Origin: a virus
IMG/VR virus record: IMGVR_UViG_3300025120_000001
Coordinates: 1-64,000 of that record
DNA length: 64,000 nt
Reading direction: 5' to 3' (one strand)
Made by a program: the position numbers and the translations under genes
Part shown: positions 62,401 through 64,000 of the stretch, one piece after another
Numbering within the stretch: the first letter of the stretch is position 1
Layout: each line of letters begins with the position of its first letter
Notes under the pieces: model-generated
What the model was told of the DNA's origin: nothing
The model's input: only the letters and a program-made list of their open reading frames with translations
The model's database searches: none

Positions 62401-63596
62401 TTATATACAGAACCACCTTCCATTCTACCTTCTGATAAAGCAAAGTTTAGAGATCTTGCATCTCTATAAAATCCACCAGCAGTTTTAGAGAACCTAGCCA
62501 TATTAGTTACATTCTCACCTGCTTTTTTAGTTGTATTTAGTGCTTTAAAGGCACCCATTGTTTCAGGCAAGAGTATTTTACCTAGTATATTATCCCCTGA
62601 CTTTACACCTTGAAAAATATCTCTAACCTTTTCAATCTTTTTCATTCCTTGGACAAAGTCTTTTGTTGCTTTGAAAGCTTTACCAACTTTAAAACTTTGA
62701 CCAATTCTACCTAATGCTTTAGTAAGCTTAGCAACATTGTAACCAGTTCTTGCTACAGCTGCTGCACCAGTTGCGGCTGCTGCTGGAGCTCCAACACCAC
62801 TTGCAGCTAATAATGCAGTACCTCCCCACATTATAGCTTCTTCAATTGCAATTGAACCAATGATACCTAAAGTATATCCGGCATTTAAAACAAAATTGTT
62901 AAACCCAGCTCCAAACCCATCTCTACTTGAGCTACCTATTCTAACAGCATCTTCATATTCTATGGCGCTTTTAAGATCCATTACATCATCTTCAAACCAA
63001 CCTCTATAAGAGCTTAAATAACCTGTACCTACAAGTTTAGTAAGCTGACCAAACATTCTACCTGTATCTTCCCATCCACTAGAATTTTCATTATAATATG
63101 CTTCATTATCTCTATAAGCATGAAACCCCAATCTGCTAAAGGCTGGAGATGCATAGTATCTATCAAATTGAGTTGCCGCAACACCAGAGTAAACTGGATC
63201 TACTATGTTTGTATTAGCATCTCCAAATGTAGAATCCTGCTTTCCATATGTAGGTTTTAGTTTTTCTACATTTTCAAAAGCTCTAATCTTACCTTGCATT
63301 GTAGCTGTATTAGGCGGATTACTTTGAGAGTTTTGATTAAATCTACCCATTGACGGAGCAGGAAGAGGTGAGTTAATATTATGCGTAGGCGGAGGAAAAA
63401 ATCTATTAATACTTGCTGAAGCATTGCTAAGCATAGCTTCATACTCCGGATCTACAGATTGATCAAAAGCTTCCAAATCAGTTGGGATTTCTAAATCAGC
63501 TATTGTTTCAAAAACAAATTGATCTTCGGGTACACCAACTGGTGTATTAGCTATCTCATTGTTAAACATTATATTATCAAACTTATCTTCAACCAT
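47496..63596 (-). CDS. Giant virion RNA polymerase polyprotein (crAss-type two-barrel RNAP, 5366 aa)
   Basis: GADFDIDKL catalytic motif (51627-51641), RIPSQ, KLPG, DAQ, TDNAKE; zincin HEAFH (56988-57002). Confidence 0.88.
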   Translation of the reverse strand: MVEDKFDNIMFNNEIANTPVGVPEDQFVFETIADLEIPTDLEAFDQSVDPEYEAMLSNASASINRFFPPPTHNINSPLPAPSMGRFNQNSQSNPPNTATMQGKIRAFENVEKLKPTYGKQDSTFGDANTNIVDPVYSGVAATQFDRYYASPAFSRLGFHAYRDNEAYYNENSSGWEDTGRMFGQLTKLVGTGYLSSYRGWFEDDVMDLKSAIEYEDAVRIGSSSRDGFGAGFNNFVLNAGYTLGIIGSIAIEEAIMWGGTALLAASGVGAPAAAATGAAAVARTGYNVAKLTKALGRIGQSFKVGKAFKATKDFVQGMKKIEKVRDIFQGVKSGDNILGKILLPETMGAFKALNTTKKAGENVTNMARFSKTAGGFYRDARSLNFALSEGRMEGGSVYKEQWQKNYLIQRQKNKLAGLGEELSTEQMAKVEQDAKSAAFTTTMWNAPVIYLSNQLLLGNAFGGFKRSFSQIAKESIDSGFGRIVRGKAATKVVKEGANAGKRQVQKGIYEGVEDSFLNWKFIAKKLKSDGLRGGATMAAYGALRYSAANISEGLQEVYQEAVSAGVKDYYTAIQFDPMAGGSALFSSSLSSGLGAQMGSQGLETFMSGFFMGGVINLPQKAIFQGIPTLYTIGTDKAAFDKHKANKKTTLDNLVSYMNKHGDSMAMDPSNPLMNPDQMNFIVQKQASEAMEQAQSEGDIMNFMDTRDMAEFQNLKTLFETGKQEFFKEQLQDYLELTDQELAEAFPSEKARAKEGKLRSQIQENLGRLEQMEKDFNENKDKLTITADPSLYEPGSKQHEKETLKFLAQRHARDLYLFTKDGFQRAAERTEKIYDQLASHPIIKELAANDLTVLTTKEAMMEEMAALRTEVEVLDQPGAKREKNRRAKKLKLLEDISAILYDPKRQKKDGGFDRRSLQTKLTPAIVKYLEYIGKDKKAFVNNEMIKDVIDLIIDSDHLNARQFMYDKALRVMTDPEYLNDMLKRSELYFQFAYKNKMSLFRESIERFINKEEINVLLNQFANVGVYLGQEDMLLFGATGDPKYLTNFFNQDGPVNQIDDPVLYEKVQAAISVYRQTASDILKKDAETRAEEAKESAQDPVKRDQSVSSILDDAGIEGPDSKMVGKTAGESPYLDEVLKRVYQEKRGMLLKLGAKKIPTWEQFLEESLSKDIMRGYNGLKKVWFQTLQGLDGDAKMEVFNSDKGFKEWLSLQRTNDLVGEVLKEASSGRTGISLKIFLPELKDEQGVTEEDDKTKGKDSSNATIDILEKLVINPETEEATSFYVLVDKAGNILDEAMYEAAGLDPILAEGFTSKGKAESARAKLSNYVPTMDSFEFDGQTLNYGDRIQDSKTKKWYVVVSTKPTVEKYGNLLVLEEGKAYTLDPKQRIKKATRLKEGDFLKRFTPEVFNAGKAKLPANASKLRVDEATAAIPHRNDATTNYQEVLEIGRRRYDFILKNLTEKELNELEVIVTKNEQGGAILDREGGYLKFEDKEKNPFIRTTKSPYNIGLKLKSSTSKRINAKLEEAGIPIAMDAEGKATGMVGYIPNGDVILTDANGQAINPLSITKDQIKDLFNYSGPAETAASDIQRNFAIQFQIMNSIAEKMGDSESLVTTLEDIGGVNFFTTPGELVFDKKDKPVLDLNVQGVDGVTVVLENKKGKDGTVSTRFITNAERGEGSKVKKKIIAEMNAQNPNLYSGASNASRYVMVVKSSSGVYSYFPIKSDSLSTEGTAALAETLIKRSAETLKENVQEVEVKKGKKTKQTKDLKFNSIFNQEVNAGEVQDSPGFYMASKPGYTFEVNVGANGSVFIRAYDRKLKQSHNIIMSAEQVQEYAEFDNKEKFIEALITNYNDYISNIDVTDKAFAKKKVFFENLQKNGQLKKDAFKISFDKNVTTEEIEQSVTTQISPNVRGASKLIANIKGVQVSDIKNTAIISMTTTGRSTSADGNTSPSEEAETEDGPTASDGPAAEIASIEELSQEEYDKQKSNDFQGLSKDQREYLAQKLSEQGEKALTIRELEILGSPMGTSIRLLSKTKYNVDNPTSNAATSDTGAVQKDRAALIAERNNLLAKIEVRQVKIRKDSVGKLKNSEIMKKLLSDKEIIKLQKQLAKVESDLGNTANKISDNLNLEDLKHIDEFLSWASSNLPDFISIEDIRTLGDNMKSGGERVGAFVMAMSRIAGNEKINGKLYVGATSKYAYHEAFHAVFRMLLNSDQQNVYYKLAKTEVLSKLRSEGKSLKVELEKLRNGDINKYRNWSQESLEKEYLEEYMADQFEIFKQSPAKTKTDSFIKSLFNKILEWIRNVLGKYNATQLQALYKDISAGKFKNSQAVSNPFTDSATMGITLDASKLLRYSSSTPAKGKEVYKTIPNKQGRGIVSAITARVVDLEMFNEDPNFNIVDTVEESIDAFKALYNIDNAQYANVSTQQLLNLSNITNAFENFRKDIVDSVVQELELYDIKLEMMDDLDMENEMEYGLRTTEQYGKDASQVGGTRSLSSFLRKYIATTTLSEKDEFGNEYINPEADPDDRIKIIIPVDFASAYSGFLKAASGTSDPVRILQQIYMFSQNNPQTKAVQEKLFNDLGLVWEDQLENGIIPGETNDNLLFQALLKGFENFKVDYLFLHTNTADGQTLAYSAANRDDAHTQVEKWETEYKHRRRLYLSDPALKDDASDQLDVLLDYLNPKDPIGYISNKKLAEVAVKVSEVLSKTMGIKLHPDYIQYSIAGNIVQPTKLQKETAAKGKKRLGPTKWQQQILNSRTDVISIEWDDIVYMKEQFDANENLMSQTGEEGVYNRLRKLGLGNSMFDETVGSSVFKNPAGDLVYAHQLPTFHLKRIAQLNDVDNNAKALQDLIDKDPYLASNYLLNDPAFRQMSREGLLKVTRIAGSKASRGIEVDGDGGVVEKYDRNEEGVNYGDFNPKQILHALLSAYTAGVNPKSGKIKRGVIPEGQDEMIALAPVLLRVIEASNTGDMVELPIIQAVKTNAQGDAEVTDAALDAYEKNIEGEFARIQRELDPATRTEELHPGYNATKDGQNRQVEIRDKSGKIIGYNRAFKFTNNKLVLSPKDSPSTQLETGRLLDTEATVARLRAGTQKIFIKDEQGATSMGFFAEGESTNLEMSIGEVKEIKKKKKFVKKKGDKATFNRVKLVGSRKVSQLTMTNIYDKLGDAISDNKTTTHIKEATVGNNTYWVESDKMKDFIEGNKEFYVYELVDENILELDNEQLVEREKQAAEQEDYDIATAIRDLLNVRTFNYAAELEKLIRENAALPADQREVLTLDSALSKIGKDKKQLRAYMRSRIDQEFVQFNRDINSEFYRIDENGKPILELPKFLSQGVQRNENSTGSEAEFQRANEKLNLTGNRTYNTKQIFINDWINTSSMNDVLLGDQALTLKDAVDAVKRAKMQNAAYYSAASRIASPQHGILNPLQKISMFATTDPIGTSIHTGEDIEQADAQNWMSLKAFRYMWFGFGKLTETQSALLNKIEDGADISVDEIFGAAGAVKKQEMLNSKKLVYGDGKVFDKFSVVPLTKALTSYKDKNGNWVAKPGREDLHNMRVKMEQYEQDQLDKGIDTVAMVAPLSALKMMKKNITPIDALVGSGNTITQKESKLLGPANTGSYMARRLDFESTSETDESFGDDQVMELDANYMGLQVLNPSNKSEIIDPTQIKTLITGEQSDNTEVILNGELTTIGAIKLAYNRAVDSRLKQKYLDKRNLNFDMESDYAMDELHKSIDAKKLSPDLISFLKYAQTALKASASSAQLLEFFSFDEEGNPNFDFAQDTPIVAQKFKQLFLSYFSKGVMSEKLPGTAAALLSDYGFKQYRKIYSTEQVDGKSYIDRQEIIRTDDFQNNYSIDDVQKYGNEVLDLSDDNQDKFDSLNERLKNMKEGEFIIVKDRLRPDMKEYKDGEYTGIKYTESMMPVHSKDAYTMYDQVPSKSIPEVLSKMFGIRIPSQDNHSTVNIKVVDFLPVFYGSTIVSARELVEVSGADFDIDKLYIQMKDGYTTLEATKEKTKIYDVVVDMYEHKTEVDATGDPVDIWVVDNLAQAQEQLNLIKDGGRGKNFGEIQEALGTTKDGATYYEIPHKRGDNKRIYIRGTQPSRSIIKDKLRVKGKPYTKPKMQKVIKEYTNDFESYLKWVNKAVQKSGSTFAEAAAKANDRTKNSLSDKDLEAARKLGFSPNAIKALRMLNLPMNEKAFKSYHKKTGRYPFSSGYNNEILDFKYSMMGHAGNTTRDGDQSAISYEPADMEILKDTWSWISGEVPQLAEMLSEDGIDANNLFGKWKGFANNKEGAKSIGAAVLPNLYLSLIQEEGIKMIPGGGYELNIGGQVYNGLFNEDKVNGKTVDRSKELKEDGTLGRRKQYIISALITAMTDNAKERLAAKLGLSRNALAIVTTMSAMGVPIRTSVAMMNHPTIREAYQLEKRAPAFEFDVKEFIEDKMDSLKAAAATYDLATEEDFGATGVSQASLIDGSQDPMLKYKSEEELEDKVDRAADNGVEAITREQVLRDYAILDQFVKAFDVSGFLRPMGDLLNLAKGFGKDTNDVYKVSKAREDLGIDLTDAEFDMLPPNEMPIFDLRPVFSADRWQRGMLDIHDEFVGSILPKVFLDESAGFKNIFSSLDTNYKRFTKDERAVINNDMLSYITLQGYLNYLNNNPMSVLGIPTNTLLYPEEGTKDIVDTYDEIKELNGDKYNFFLDGFIRPESATSEGNKTGISMLTANTLTPLNDSQKLDVQNGFQELYADPLTRALSMKVLNYMIVKDGLQPVYRSIIASINPEMFADYMSTLPSTSQAFAAMDDAQMMANFGMSFRDLKLNFIREYGLHPKTAKLLKKKSMSSSAVFNGKSLVNQARKPFTLDYVESNPDKLFVIFDNESGTGTSNSKAVRGANNVISIVIKKDLSNNKESYYTGAEINTASNEIQQQIEKIKQNIDSFSGGVMIQNEIDNAELMGLQEFSVELYDDLLQKMEDNFGYQAVGLTDKQVKKEGKEVNRKAKNQALYLNDQFDRATITVDLYKGISARPKFEKNDEFETRKFAKIAKDKGKKYGSNVTQVKKGFKLRTVYEGKGERSIAEFPQVMGFMVDGQTRYFQLVRHAGPEYGNIGEGLSQDIATGTFAEYIEVDIMGSVAQTPVGFIFGERPTNNSVKETVKEANPGEDSSDDGSGRSSRDPSVVYDAVEYEYGTDSTLDAMLDKAYDNFIFKDKLDKAGWLNTPVAKDIIQNYQEKISNESSDIEIDGKDIKIGGTSIADQVNESEEADSFSIDNDGNEVTTENDLADALDDAEDLDTFSIDSDGNPVESGENANEGLDTIDNKEKLEAYVSTLSMGNLMSLKKVGEAFNRDYSSIDALMKEFEKTSSTMEEFIEQLKSCF

Positions 63597-63613
63597 ACTA
63601 TATTAAATTAAGA

Positions 63614-64000
63614 TTATGAGTTTTCTTCCACTTGCTCTGGCGTAAGTTTGCCGAACATGAAGTTAAAATTATCTCCTTCTTTTGGATCAGTTATTTTATC
63701 TGGATTAGTTTTTTTCCACTTATCCCTTTGACTTTTATTCTGAGATCCTATTTTTTGTAATTCATATAAATACTTTCTCATATAATAATCTAATTCCTGT
63801 CTTGATCCTTGACCGATTGCAATGCCTTCATCATTAACTAATTGCTTAGTAAACTGAGCAGCATCATATTCTCCAGTATCACCGTTGAATTGTAGTATTT
63901 GATAGTTCATATTATAACCACCTTCAGTACCTTCTGTTATAGAGAATGAGCCACCGGCAGGAACAGCTCTTTGAAAACTAGCATCTTCACTACTTGCTAT
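63614..64000 (-). CDS. 3' end of a large gene truncated by the window (probably another ejection protein)
   Basis: Frame stays open from 63910 to the window edge. Confidence 0.65.
   Translation of the reverse strand: MASSEDASFQRAVPAGGSFSITEGTEGGYNMNYQILQFNGDTGEYDAAQFTKQLVNDEGIAIGQGSRQELDYYMRKYLYELQKIGSQNKSQRDKWKKTNPDKITDPKEGDNFNFMFGKLTPEQVEENS

Noticed and set aside
1-64000. Stop-codon reassignment as in some crAss-like phages
   Set aside because: Very long ORFs are open in code 11; TAG and TGA end genes at sensible coupled junctions; no suppressor tRNA
1-64000. CRISPR array, diversity-generating retroelement, integrase or transposon
   Set aside because: No spaced direct repeats and no reverse transcriptase, recombinase or transposase motifs seen

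Overview
AT-rich segment of a large lytic dsDNA phage of Bacteroidota (most likely Flavobacteriia). It is crAss-like/Crassvirales-related and uses the standard code 11. Layout: (1) 61-1570, an ORF-free, hairpin-dense island ending in a ~750-nt GOLLD-like giant ncRNA. (2) 1.6-12.6 kb, small + strand early genes, including three exported Cys-His enzymes (L,D-transpeptidase-like, DUF1287, DUF2459), ClpS, HNH and an SF2 helicase. (3) 13-31.4 kb, a replication/recombination block (UDG, DnaB helicase, Sak4-like ATPase, SSB-like protein, primase, resolvase, PD-(D/E)XK nuclease, family B DNA polymerase). It contains a coupled DUF6878/DUF6915 + metallopeptidase-VWA + MoxR AAA+ + two BRCT-like protein module. 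(4) 31.6-38.5 kb, - strand late genes (tail fibre/spike, holin, very basic small proteins sharing a K-[YMF]-x-x-GG motif). (5) A + strand nrdB-nrdA-tRNA-Arg island. (6) - strand giant virion-delivered proteins: 1926 aa with a nuclease domain, and 5366 aa with the crAss-type DFDID RNA polymerase core plus zincin and UVR-like motifs. All family calls come from motif recognition by eye; no database searches were run.
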